Shown here: piece after piece, positions 8,626-16,780 of the stretch | How positions within the stretch are numbered: the first letter of the stretch is position 1 | Layout: the number at the start of each line of letters is the position of its first letter | From: Ruminococcus albus 7 = DSM 20455 | GTDB taxonomy: Bacteria > Bacillota > Clostridia > Oscillospirales > Ruminococcaceae | Assembly (NCBI RefSeq): GCF_000179635.2 | Contig: NC_014833.1 | Location: 2,700,001-2,732,000 of the forward strand | Direction of reading: 5' to 3' | Length of the DNA: 32,000 bases | Position numbers and translations under genes: made by a program | The notes under the pieces: generated by a model | What the model was told of the DNA's origin: nothing | The model's input: only the letters and a program-made list of their open reading frames with translations | The model's database searches: none

Positions 8626-8654
8626 ATTGTAACATATATCCGCATTTTTTACAA
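8626..8654 (-). promoter_or_regulatory. Sigma-A promoter for the cellobiose phosphorylase gene
   Basis: Reverse strand reads TTGTAA-17 nt-TACAAT with TGt extended -10. -35 at 8654-8649, -10 at 8631-8626. Confidence 0.6.
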
Positions 8655-8744
8655 GGGGGTACGACGACTTTTTTTCAAAATTCCGTAAATTTTTTAGTGC
8701 AACATATCACATCACTGCAGATTCATTAACATTTGAAGTTATCA

Positions 8745-8785
8745 AAAATATATGAAAACGCACCCACAGGCTTATTGCGGGTGCG
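8745..8785 (-). terminator. Intrinsic terminator after the small membrane protein gene
   Basis: Stem cgcaccc (8759-8765) / gggtgcg (8779-8785), followed on the minus strand by ttttcatatatttt. Confidence 0.6.
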
Positions 8786-8815
8786 AAAAGGGTTTCGTTA
8801 TAGTGTCGGGGATAT

Positions 8816-9214
8816 TCATTCCAGCTGGTCTATCGCCACATAATTTTTATCAATATTATTTTCTGAAATACATTCGATAACAGATTTTCTGACATCACTG
8901 AAATAATTGTCCCAGCTCTCTATTTCAGAACTCCTGTCATGATCTTTCTGAAGTCTGACGATTACAATATCATGATTTGGTGCAGAACGATCTATCCAGT
9001 CTGAACTGTTACCAAAAACAACTTTGAACCCAAGTTCATACCCATTGTCCGCCAGATGTTCTTCTATCATTTCTTTTATGGTATCAATATCTGTTATAAG
9101 TTCGGAAGATGAAGCAGAGAACTTCCCGCTGTCATTCTTCACAAAAGCAAAAATCGCCGCAGCTGCCCCTACAAGAACACAAAGCAATACTGCTATTATA
9201 ACTCTCTTTTTCAT
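8816..9214 (-). CDS. Small N-terminally membrane-anchored protein, function unknown
   Basis: ORF 8816..9289 trimmed to ATG 9214 (MKKRVIIAVLLCVLVGAAAAIFAF...), which has GGAGGTG 6 nt upstream and lies downstream of a perfect consensus promoter. 132 aa with a single TM anchor and an acidic soluble domain. Confidence 0.7.
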   Translation of the reverse strand: MKKRVIIAVLLCVLVGAAAAIFAFVKNDSGKFSASSSELITDIDTIKEMIEEHLADNGYELGFKVVFGNSSDWIDRSAPNHDIVIVRLQKDHDRSSEIESWDNYFSDVRKSVIECISENNIDKNYVAIDQLE

Positions 9215-9245
9215 AGCCTTCACCTCCATGATATTATCTGCCATG

Positions 9246-9274
9246 ATTATATCAGTTTGCAGCAAAAATGTCAA
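9246..9274 (-). promoter_or_regulatory. Perfect-consensus sigma-A promoter for the small membrane-anchored protein gene
   Basis: Reverse strand reads TTGACA-17 nt-TATAAT with TGa. -35 at 9274-9269, -10 at 9251-9246. Confidence 0.65.
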
Positions 9275-9320
9275 TATCAGAAAAAACAAACTTTATATCT
9301 CGCTTTCAGCTATACTGTAC

Positions 9321-9357
9321 AAAAAAACGGACTGCCGCACTTTTCCGCGACAGTCCG
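9321..9357 (-). terminator. Intrinsic terminator after the ABC transporter operon
   Basis: Stem cggactg-c-cgc / gcg-a-cagtccg (9328-9357), followed on the minus strand by T7 (9327-9321). Confidence 0.75.
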
Positions 9358-9363
9358 CAAATA

Positions 9364-10110
9364 TCACTGTTCAAGCTTTTTAAGGAAAGCCTTTGTCCTC
9401 TCGTTTGAGGGGTTGTCGATAACATCCGCAGGCTTGCCCTGCTCAACGATAACACCGCCGTCCATGAACACCACATGGTCTGAAATGCTCCTTGCAAAGG
9501 CTATCTCGTGGGTGACTATCACCATAGTCATCTTCTCCTCTGCCAGTTCTTTCAGAACTTTCAGTATCTCTGCCGTAAGCTCGGGGTCAAGTGCCGAAGT
9601 CGGTTCATCAAAGAACAGCATCTTCGGCTTCATGTTCAGAGCCCTTGCTATCGCCACACGCTGCTGCTGTCCGCCCGAAAGCTGATAGGGGTAGTAGTCA
9701 GCCCTTTCAGCAAGACCCATTTTTTCCAGCAGCACACCGGCATCGTGCATTACTTCTGCCTTGTTTCGCTTCATAACGTGTATCGGCGCATCGCAGATGT
9801 TCTTCATCACCGTGTAATGTGGGAACAGATTAAAGTTCTGGAACACCAGCGAAAAATAGCTTTTGATCTCTTTAAGCTCTTTTTTAGGCATATATTTCGC
9901 ATTATCCACCGCGGTCTTTCCGCAGTACACCATAGTGCCGCCGTCAACCTTTTCAAGCATCGACATACATCTTAACAGCGTGGATTTTCCCGAACCTGAA
10001 GGACCCAGTATCGACACCACCTGTCCCTCGTTAACGTCCATGCTGATATCTTTCAGCACATCAAGGTCATCGAAGCTTTTGCGGAGGTTCTTTATCTCAA
10101 GTAATTTCAC
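9364..10110 (-). CDS. Polar amino-acid ABC transporter, ATP-binding protein (GlnQ/ArtP-like)
   Basis: Walker A GPSGSGKST, signature LSGGQQQR, Walker B MLFFDEPTSALD, H-loop VTHE. GTG start at 10110 with GGAGG 8 nt upstream. Confidence 0.93.
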   Translation of the reverse strand: MKLLEIKNLRKSFDDLDVLKDISMDVNEGQVVSILGPSGSGKSTLLRCMSMLEKVDGGTMVYCGKTAVDNAKYMPKKELKEIKSYFSLVFQNFNLFPHYTVMKNICDAPIHVMKRNKAEVMHDAGVLLEKMGLAERADYYPYQLSGGQQQRVAIARALNMKPKMLFFDEPTSALDPELTAEILKVLKELAEEKMTMVIVTHEIAFARSISDHVVFMDGGVIVEQGKPADVIDNPSNERTKAFLKKLEQ

Positions 10111-10122
10111 AGCACAGACCTC

Positions 10123-10806
10123 CTATCTGAAATAGTTCATCTTCTTCTCGATGAACTCCATAACAAATGCCACAAAGAAGTTGAACACATAGTAGAAAAG
10201 TCCTGCCACGAAAAGCGGCATTATCGTTGACTGTGCCGCAGCTACCTGCTTTGCAACGGTGAACATCTCGGTATACGCTATCGCAAAAGCCAGTGAGGTA
10301 TCCTTTACAAGGGTAATGACCTCGTTTGTTATAGCGGGTATGATGTTCTTCATCATCTGCGGAAATACTATTTTAAAGAATTTCTGCGATTTTGAATATC
10401 CCAGTATCTCGCAGGCTTCGTGCTGACCCTTAGGCACAGCCTGTATGCCTGCGCGGTATATCTCGGCAAAGTAAGCCGCGTAGTTCAGCGAAAATCCTAT
10501 TATCACCGCATAGAATCTGTATTCCGACGATGTACGCATACCAAAAAGGTAGTAAGGTCCGAAGAATACCACCAGCAGTTGCAGCATCAGCGGTGTACCC
10601 CTGACTATCGAGATATACAGCTTGACCAAAAGGCTCAGCGGTTTGAATTTTGACATCCTGCCGAAAGCTATCAGCATACCCAGTGGCAGTGCGAACAGCA
10701 GTGTCAGGAAAAATATCATAAAGGAAGCGCCCACGCCGCTCATCAGCTTCTGACAGACATCAAGCAGCTTTTCAAAGGTCCCCATTTGTTCTGCAAGTAT
10801 CATCAT
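10123..10806 (-). CDS. Polar amino-acid ABC transporter permease (His/Glu/Gln/Arg/opine family)
   Basis: 227 aa, multi-TM, with an EAA-like loop (YRAGIQAVPKGQHEACEILG). The start ATGATGA overlaps the stop of the upstream binding-protein gene. Confidence 0.9.
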   Translation of the reverse strand: MMILAEQMGTFEKLLDVCQKLMSGVGASFMIFFLTLLFALPLGMLIAFGRMSKFKPLSLLVKLYISIVRGTPLMLQLLVVFFGPYYLFGMRTSSEYRFYAVIIGFSLNYAAYFAEIYRAGIQAVPKGQHEACEILGYSKSQKFFKIVFPQMMKNIIPAITNEVITLVKDTSLAFAIAYTEMFTVAKQVAAAQSTIMPLFVAGLFYYVFNFFVAFVMEFIEKKMNYFR

Positions 10807-11660
10807 TCAGCCTTTGCGTCGGGGTCAAAGCAGATGCTCTGCTTGTCTATACCCTTGTCAGCCCATTCATCGGCGATCTTTTCAAGTGTGCCGTCCTTTG
10901 CCATCTCAGCAAGGGTGGACTGCACCTTATCTCTCAGCTCGGTATTGCCCTTCTGGAAGCCTACGCCGTACTGTTCGGTGGATATCTTTTCATCCAGTAT
11001 CTTGAAATCGCTTCCTCTGTTTGCAACTTCGTATACTGCAACACCGTAGTCAAGGCATACAGCCTCAGCAGCGCCCGAATCAAGGTTCATGAAAGCAGAA
11101 TTGTAATCGCCCACCTGCTGAAGATCGGCAAATGAAGCTGCCAGAGCCTTGTTGTCATCGCTTGCGTCATCGCCTGTAAGTGCGTGCAGTGCAGAGCTGT
11201 CAGCCTGTACGATGACTACCTTGCCCGAAAGGTCGGAAAGCTTCTCAATACCGGAATCAGCCTTTACAACAACTACCTGTGAGTTGTCAACATAGGGGGT
11301 AGTCCATGTGTAAGCGTCCTCTCTGCCATTTATAGTGAAGCCGTTCCAGATGCAGTCGATAGAACCCGAAGAAAGCTCCATATCCTTGGAATCCCAGTCG
11401 ATAGGCTGCTTTACCAGCTCCCAGCCGTTGCGCTTGCATACTTCCTCAGCGAGAGAAAGGTCGAAACCTACATACTCACCATTATCGTCCTTGTAGCCAT
11501 AGGGCGGGAACTCAGCGTCAAAACCAACAGTGAATGTATTCTCGCCTTTGCTGTTCTTCTTGTCGCCGCTCTTGCTGCCGTCCTTGGCACCACAGCCTGC
11601 CAGTGCAGCGGTCATAACTGCCGCTGACAGCATCGCTGTCAATATTTTTGTATACTTCAT
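10803..11660 (-). CDS. Amino-acid ABC transporter substrate-binding lipoprotein (SBP family 3)
   Basis: ORF trimmed from GTG 11687 to ATG 11660 (MKYTKILTAMLSAAVMTAALAGC, canonical LAGC lipobox). FTVGFDAEFPPYGYKDDNGEYVGFDLSLAEEV is typical of family-3 SBPs. Confidence 0.9.
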   Translation of the reverse strand: MKYTKILTAMLSAAVMTAALAGCGAKDGSKSGDKKNSKGENTFTVGFDAEFPPYGYKDDNGEYVGFDLSLAEEVCKRNGWELVKQPIDWDSKDMELSSGSIDCIWNGFTINGREDAYTWTTPYVDNSQVVVVKADSGIEKLSDLSGKVVIVQADSSALHALTGDDASDDNKALAASFADLQQVGDYNSAFMNLDSGAAEAVCLDYGVAVYEVANRGSDFKILDEKISTEQYGVGFQKGNTELRDKVQSTLAEMAKDGTLEKIADEWADKGIDKQSICFDPDAKAE

Positions 11661-11690
11661 AATGATATCCTTCTTTCTCGAATTCACTTA

Positions 11691-11716
11691 CGCACAAAAC
11701 GGCTGCCTGAGCAGCC
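11691..11716 (-). other. GC stem-loop plus U-tract at the very 5' end of the ABC operon transcript, 87 nt after the response-regulator stop
   Basis: The mRNA sense reads GGCUGC-ucag-GCAGCC-GUUUUGUG (stem 11716-11701). It lies downstream of the ABC promoter -10 box. Confidence 0.4.
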
Positions 11717-11725
11717 ACAAGGCTA

Positions 11726-11754
11726 AGTATACCACATTGGTTGAGAATTGTCAA
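11726..11754 (-). promoter_or_regulatory. Sigma-A promoter for the amino-acid ABC transporter operon
   Basis: Reverse strand reads TTGACA-17 nt-TATACT with TGg. -35 at 11754-11749, -10 at 11731-11726. Confidence 0.6.
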
Positions 11755-11802
11755 TAGAAACGTCACACCACACAGAATTTTAATATTCCGTGCATAAGGA
11801 AC

Positions 11803-12438
11803 TCACACATCATCACTGCTTATGGCTATGCCCAGTACCCTAGCCTTGATAGCAAGTTCGGTGCGGCTTCTGAAACCCGTCTTATCAAGCATGGAACGCA
11901 CATGGGATTTCACCGTATTCTCTGATATGCCCAGCTGTTCTGCCACCTGCTGGTTAGTCGCACCCGTTGTGACTATCCTGAGTATCTCCAGTTCCCTCTC
12001 GGTAAGTTCCGAACTGTCCGCCAGACCCAGCTTAACACGGGGGCTGCTGTCGGGATAAACGCTCTCCCCAGCCATAGTCCTGTCCATTACTTCAAGTATG
12101 GTCTGCTCGTCAGCCTCCTTGTACCAGAAGCTCTCTATACCTATGCTTTTTGCCTTTTCAAGCCACGAATATTCGGGCATGGAAGTAACAGCGATTATCT
12201 TTATATCGGGGCGCAGCTTCTTGATCTTCTCAGCCGCTTCAAGCCCGTTGGAGCCGTCGTTCATAAGTATATCCATCAGTATCAGATCGACCTCATGCCT
12301 GAGAATGTATACATCAGCCGCCGAAGCCGAACTCAGCGAGAAAGCCAGCTCATAACTCGGTGAATTGTTGACGTACATCTCAAACAGATGCCTTGATATG
12401 GACTGATCGTCAACTATCATTACTCTGTACTTTTCCAT
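11803..12438 (-). CDS. Response regulator, NarL/FixJ (LuxR-type HTH) family
   Basis: Receiver residues VDD, LILMD (phospho-Asp), AVTS and K in FWYKE. C-terminal LTERELEILRIVTTGATNQQVAEQLGISENTVKSHV is a LuxR HTH. Starts 3 nt after the kinase stop. Confidence 0.93.
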   Translation of the reverse strand: MEKYRVMIVDDQSISRHLFEMYVNNSPSYELAFSLSSASAADVYILRHEVDLILMDILMNDGSNGLEAAEKIKKLRPDIKIIAVTSMPEYSWLEKAKSIGIESFWYKEADEQTILEVMDRTMAGESVYPDSSPRVKLGLADSSELTERELEILRIVTTGATNQQVAEQLGISENTVKSHVRSMLDKTGFRSRTELAIKARVLGIAISSDDV

Positions 12439-12441
12439 CGT

Positions 12442-13716
12442 TTATTCCTTTCCGCCGACTTTTATGGTCAGCATGAATCTCGGATCTGATGCTATCTCCA
12501 TCTCGCCGCGCACTTGCTCAACAGCACTGCGCAGGCTTTTAAGACCGCCGCTCTCGCTTATCTCGCCCTCCGGCGGATCGCCGTCATTGGTAAACACAGC
12601 TGTCACCGTTCCGTTATCATCTGTTATATCCACCGTAAGTTCTGTACCGTCAGCATGCTTGACGGTATTAGTAAGGCATTCGTGTATGGCAATAGCGATC
12701 AGCTTGCGGAGATCTTCAGGTATATCACCGTTCAGTACCAGTCTTACACCCACAGCGTCTGCCGCTTCTTTAAGTGCAGCTATGGGATCCGCACTTCCGT
12801 CAGGTATATTCTCGCCCCTGAGAAGTCCGGCTGTGAACTGCCACATCTCCATAAGAGCTTCCCTGTCACCTCCGCGTATCAGGTAGCTTTTCAGCGCCAG
12901 CAGTGCCCTGCCGACGTCATCATGTATACGTATCTTAGCAGCAAGTACTTCTTCCTCTCGGATTATAGCGTTCATCTCACGGGTATAAGCCCTTATGCTG
13001 CGGTTTACCTCCTCCAGATGAGAATTGCGCTCTTCCAGCTCCATACTTTTGCGGTACCTCTCGGTAACATCATAAGCCAGGATCTCCCATATCTTTTTCC
13101 TGCCTATCATTATAATCCTTTTCTGTATATCCCATACGCTTCCGTCTGCCATATGAAGATAGTAGCCCTTGCCGCGTATTTCCGATGAATATCCTTCATT
13201 GAGTTCATTCCTTTGCAGACCCTTTTCGAGCCTGTCACTGTCAAAAGATGTCAGACCCAGTGCCTCAAAATACACCCTCTGCATAGAACTGTTGACCAGA
13301 AGAGGAACACCCTTAGTGCTTACAAAAGCCACACCGTCGGTCATACTGTTGAGACCGTCCTCCAGTGACTGCGGCGTAAGACTGCTGTATATATACATCT
13401 CCTGTCTGAGCCAGAACACCGCCCAGAGCGCTGTCATCACAGCCTCAGTACCCATACAGAAAAGGGCATTGACATCTGAAGCAAATGCCTCAAATACCGA
13501 CGGTTCATTTTCAGCTATAACGCATCGGCTGACTTCGGTTATGCAGAACAGCAGGAACAGCCCTATCAACAGTGCTGACACGTATATTACGTGCATCCCT
13601 TTCCCAAGTCCCGCGATATGGCGGCGCAGTATCACAGCCATATACATAACATCGAGAAGAAACGCTGCAATACCCAGTGCAGAAAGCGTCGTCACTGACA
13701 TATCTCCAAGTGTCAC
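12442..13716 (-). CDS. Sensor histidine kinase, HisKA_3-type (membrane N-terminus, cytoplasmic sensor-like domain, DHp, HATPase)
   Basis: H-box KIRIHDDVGRALLAL (His265 codon CAT at 12924-12922), N-box HECLTNTVKHA, G-box NDGDPP...SGGLKSL. GTG start at 13716 overlaps the upstream TGA (GTGA), with AAAGGAGG 10 nt upstream. Confidence 0.9.
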   Translation of the reverse strand: MTLGDMSVTTLSALGIAAFLLDVMYMAVILRRHIAGLGKGMHVIYVSALLIGLFLLFCITEVSRCVIAENEPSVFEAFASDVNALFCMGTEAVMTALWAVFWLRQEMYIYSSLTPQSLEDGLNSMTDGVAFVSTKGVPLLVNSSMQRVYFEALGLTSFDSDRLEKGLQRNELNEGYSSEIRGKGYYLHMADGSVWDIQKRIIMIGRKKIWEILAYDVTERYRKSMELEERNSHLEEVNRSIRAYTREMNAIIREEEVLAAKIRIHDDVGRALLALKSYLIRGGDREALMEMWQFTAGLLRGENIPDGSADPIAALKEAADAVGVRLVLNGDIPEDLRKLIAIAIHECLTNTVKHADGTELTVDITDDNGTVTAVFTNDGDPPEGEISESGGLKSLRSAVEQVRGEMEIASDPRFMLTIKVGGKE

Positions 13717-15368
13717 TGTAAAGCCGCCTCCTTTGCTGTAAATATCACAAAAGTACTGCCGTCCTCATTGACCGTATCCAGTTTTCCCGAAAGCGAAGCC
13801 GCGCGTGTGAAAAACTCCTCGGGCACAGGCTGACATTCACAATCAATCTCGGTACGAAAATCTATACCGTCATCAAGGCGAAGCGTCACCATTACAGCGT
13901 GGATATCTCCAAGTGCGCCCTTTACTGCCGCGCTGAAAAGCTCATACATAAAAAGCACTGTCTCTCCAGGAAGCTCCCTGCCTTTTGGGATATCAGCCTG
14001 ACCCCATATATCGGAAAGCTCCAGATATCCCAGTGACTCGCTTATCGAAAGCCCCAGCTCACCGCTGTCTATACTGCCGCTGCTGCCCGAAAGCAGCAGG
14101 AGATTTGAACAACGCTTTATAAACACCCCGTCTATCGCTGCACGCTTCATACCCTCACGGAAACCCTCTTCATCCGCAGGTAGTTCATCCAGCAGCCTTG
14201 AAAGGCTCTCAAACTCAGGGCTCAGCCTTTCCGATATACTGTCATACAACTCATTCTGTTCTGCAGTGCGACGGCGGCTCTCCTCCAGCTTCTGGGCTGT
14301 ATCCAGCATAACGTGCTCCTCCTCCAGATAGCTTCGCGTTTCTTCAAGACGCATATTCAGCTTCTGAAGTTCTGTGATATCCTCCAGCCAGTAAAAATAT
14401 CCACCTGTCACAGGGTATACTTTAAGAAGTCTGCCGTCGCTGACCACTTCGTTCTCCACTGCAGCCGTCAGCTGTTCTTTTGCAGGTCTCAGGCTGTTCT
14501 CACCATGTATACGTATATCAAAACCGCTGTCAGCAAGACCTGCATTTATAGAGGATGCACGGAAAAACTCCTCATGGTCTGTATTGGAAGGCAGTATATG
14601 TGTTATCACAAGACTCTCCCAGAAACACATGAAGAAAAGACAGGTGAAATCCGAGAATTCGTACATACGCTGAAAAGGCTGTGGAGAACCTGTGTTTTTG
14701 TAGCTTACCAGATACACTCCCCCAAGTGCCGTTATGACCGCGGGCAGCAAAAAACTCCGTGAAAACTGACTGCGTGTACAGTTCCTGAGTGCCATGAAAA
14801 GAATGCCCGCCACACAAAGTAAAAGTATGCCCATAGCGCTGTAAAACAAAGGACCGTAGCTGTAGCCCGTCGATGATTCGGGTCTGCCAAGATCAAAACG
14901 GAATGCCAGCTGATGCTTATCGTTTGTAACTATGCCTGCCGCCACAGCAGATGCCGGCAAGAAGGCTATCAGCCACTTCCTCGGGAGTTCATAGCTGTCA
15001 GTCCTGCCGATATATGATGCTGCCATCAGCAACAGCAGCGGCAGCATTATCATAGGCAAAAAATAGCAGTACCATATCTGCCTGCCCAGCATTGACGAAG
15101 GGGGGATGAATTCGTACCTGACGGCTTTAACGAAATCCCACAGCATCATCAGTACAGCGGATGCTGTAAGTATGCTGCGTATCCCACGCTGCTGGAAACG
15201 TCTGCGCGACGAAAAAAGCCACATCAGGTATACCGCCATCAGGAGCAGCGATACAAGACAATTACAGGGAATATCAGTCCTGTCCAGCGACAGCTTCATT
15301 GATCCTGCCGCCAGTACTGCTGCCATGCCGAATATCAGCTCTCTGCGATGTCTGCGGTTTATGGGCAT
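13713..15368 (-). CDS. 7TM histidine-kinase-like protein with degenerate catalytic residues (predicted pseudokinase / co-sensor)
   Basis: ORF 13713..15407 trimmed to ATG 15368 (AAAGGAGAG 9 nt upstream; the predicted TSS near 15406 excludes the longer ORF). About 7 hydrophobic helices, a coiled coil, and a C-terminal region colinear with the neighbouring kinase. ELFSAAVKGA replaces ECLTNTVKHA, and there is no DxG/GxG box. Confidence 0.8.
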   Translation of the reverse strand: MPINRRHRRELIFGMAAVLAAGSMKLSLDRTDIPCNCLVSLLLMAVYLMWLFSSRRRFQQRGIRSILTASAVLMMLWDFVKAVRYEFIPPSSMLGRQIWYCYFLPMIMLPLLLLMAASYIGRTDSYELPRKWLIAFLPASAVAAGIVTNDKHQLAFRFDLGRPESSTGYSYGPLFYSAMGILLLCVAGILFMALRNCTRSQFSRSFLLPAVITALGGVYLVSYKNTGSPQPFQRMYEFSDFTCLFFMCFWESLVITHILPSNTDHEEFFRASSINAGLADSGFDIRIHGENSLRPAKEQLTAAVENEVVSDGRLLKVYPVTGGYFYWLEDITELQKLNMRLEETRSYLEEEHVMLDTAQKLEESRRRTAEQNELYDSISERLSPEFESLSRLLDELPADEEGFREGMKRAAIDGVFIKRCSNLLLLSGSSGSIDSGELGLSISESLGYLELSDIWGQADIPKGRELPGETVLFMYELFSAAVKGALGDIHAVMVTLRLDDGIDFRTEIDCECQPVPEEFFTRAASLSGKLDTVNEDGSTFVIFTAKEAALQ

Positions 15369-15412
15369 TTTCTCACACTCTCCTTTCGTAGCACAGATCC
15401 GTATCACACTTG

Positions 15413-15441
15413 ATTATAACACAGTTTCTGCCTTTTTTCAA
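15413..15441 (-). promoter_or_regulatory. Sigma-A promoter for the pseudokinase-kinase-regulator operon
   Basis: Reverse strand reads TTGAAA-17 nt-TATAAT with TGt. -35 at 15441-15436, -10 at 15418-15413. Confidence 0.6.
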
Positions 15442-15625
15442 GTACACATCAGTCATCGGCATCAATATGACCATACTATTTAATATAGTAGAGCATTTAT
15501 CATGCAGTTTCTTATACCGTCAGTAAAACAAAATGTGATGCATTCTTTGCCCCACCTCAGCAACATTTTCAAAGCGCATGATATGATATTAAATTGTAAA
15601 CTTTTTGTTTCAGCGTGATAAGTAT

Positions 15626-15654
15626 TTGCATTCAGCGTAAATATGTGTTATAAT
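15626..15654 (+). promoter_or_regulatory. Sigma-A promoter for ddl-murI-DUF1934-argS
   Basis: TTGCAT (15626-15631)-17 nt-TATAAT (15649-15654), preceded by TGt. Confidence 0.6.
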
Positions 15655-15694
15655 ATTAAATTGACGTAGTATGAACACGAAAGGACGTAATTTT

Positions 15695-16780
15695 ATGGCA
15701 AAGCTTAAAGTCGCTGTTATTTTCGGCGGCAGATCGAATGAACACGATGTCTCGGTAGTATCCGCGGCACACGTTATACGCTCTATCAGTGAGAATCCGG
15801 ACCGTTATGAGGTCATCTGCATAGGTATAACCAAAAAGGGTCACTGGGTAAGATTCATGGGCAGTGCTGAGGATATAGCTAACGGCAGCTGGGCAGAGAA
15901 TCCCGACAACGTTGCCTGCATTTTCAGCCCCGACCCTGTACACCGCGGTTTTATACAGCTGGAGGATGACGGCAGCTACACCAATATCAAGGTCGATGCA
16001 GTATTCCCAGTGCTCCACGGAAAAAACGGAGAAGACGGCACTATCCAGGGAATATTCCAGATGGCAGAGATACCCTTTGTAGGCTGTGATCTTATTTCCT
16101 CAGCCTGCTGCATGGACAAGGATGTTACACATACTATCCTTGAAGCACATGGTGTGCGCACTGCCAAGTGGATAAGCATGATCTACCGCGATATAAGCAA
16201 GCTGGATGAAAAGTGCAGGCTTATGGAGAAAGAGCTTGGCTATCCTATGTACGTAAAGCCTGCGAACTGCGGTTCTTCCGTGGGTATAACCAAGGCACAT
16301 GACTTTGAGGAGCTGAAGGCAGGTATCAAGCTTGCATTCACACATGACCACAAGGTAGTAGTAGAACAGGGCATCAACGGCATTGAGCTTGAGTGTGCTG
16401 TTATGGGCAACGATGAGCCTTTTGCTTCAACAGTGGGCGAGATAGCAGCTGCCAACGAATTCTATGACTATGACGCAAAGTACAATAATTCGGACTCAAA
16501 GACCTACATACCCGCAAGAGTACCCGATGAGGTGATCGAGGAGATTCGTGAAACTGCAGTACGTGCTTTCAAGGCAATGGGCTGCGAAGGACTTGCCAGA
16601 TGCGACTTCTTCCTTTCCGACAAGGGTGAGGTCATACTCAACGAGATAAATACACTTCCGGGACACACACAGATAAGTATGTACCCCAAGCTCATGGAGC
16701 ATGAGGGCATAAGCTATGCCGAGCAGGAGGACAGACTCATCAAGCTGGCACTGGAAAGATCGGAAGTGGATCATGAATAA
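15695..16780 (+). CDS. ddl: D-alanine--D-alanine ligase
   Basis: Trimmed to ATG 15695 (MAKLKVAVIFGGRSNEHDVS). ATP-grasp motifs are present. The omega-loop retains the Lys-Tyr dyad (FYDYDAKYNN), which indicates D-Ala-D-Ala rather than D-Ala-D-Lac/Ser specificity. Confidence 0.93.
   Translation: MAKLKVAVIFGGRSNEHDVSVVSAAHVIRSISENPDRYEVICIGITKKGHWVRFMGSAEDIANGSWAENPDNVACIFSPDPVHRGFIQLEDDGSYTNIKVDAVFPVLHGKNGEDGTIQGIFQMAEIPFVGCDLISSACCMDKDVTHTILEAHGVRTAKWISMIYRDISKLDEKCRLMEKELGYPMYVKPANCGSSVGITKAHDFEELKAGIKLAFTHDHKVVVEQGINGIELECAVMGNDEPFASTVGEIAAANEFYDYDAKYNNSDSKTYIPARVPDEVIEEIRETAVRAFKAMGCEGLARCDFFLSDKGEVILNEINTLPGHTQISMYPKLMEHEGISYAEQEDRLIKLALERSEVDHE

Noticed and set aside
15609-15638. A direct repeat TTCAGCGT at 15609-15616 and 15631-15638 (22-nt period) overlapping the ddl -35 region, considered as a possible response-regulator site.
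   Set aside because: It is only 8 nt. A single 8-mer recurrence inside a roughly 290-nt intergenic region is not far from chance expectation. It carries no flanking similarity.
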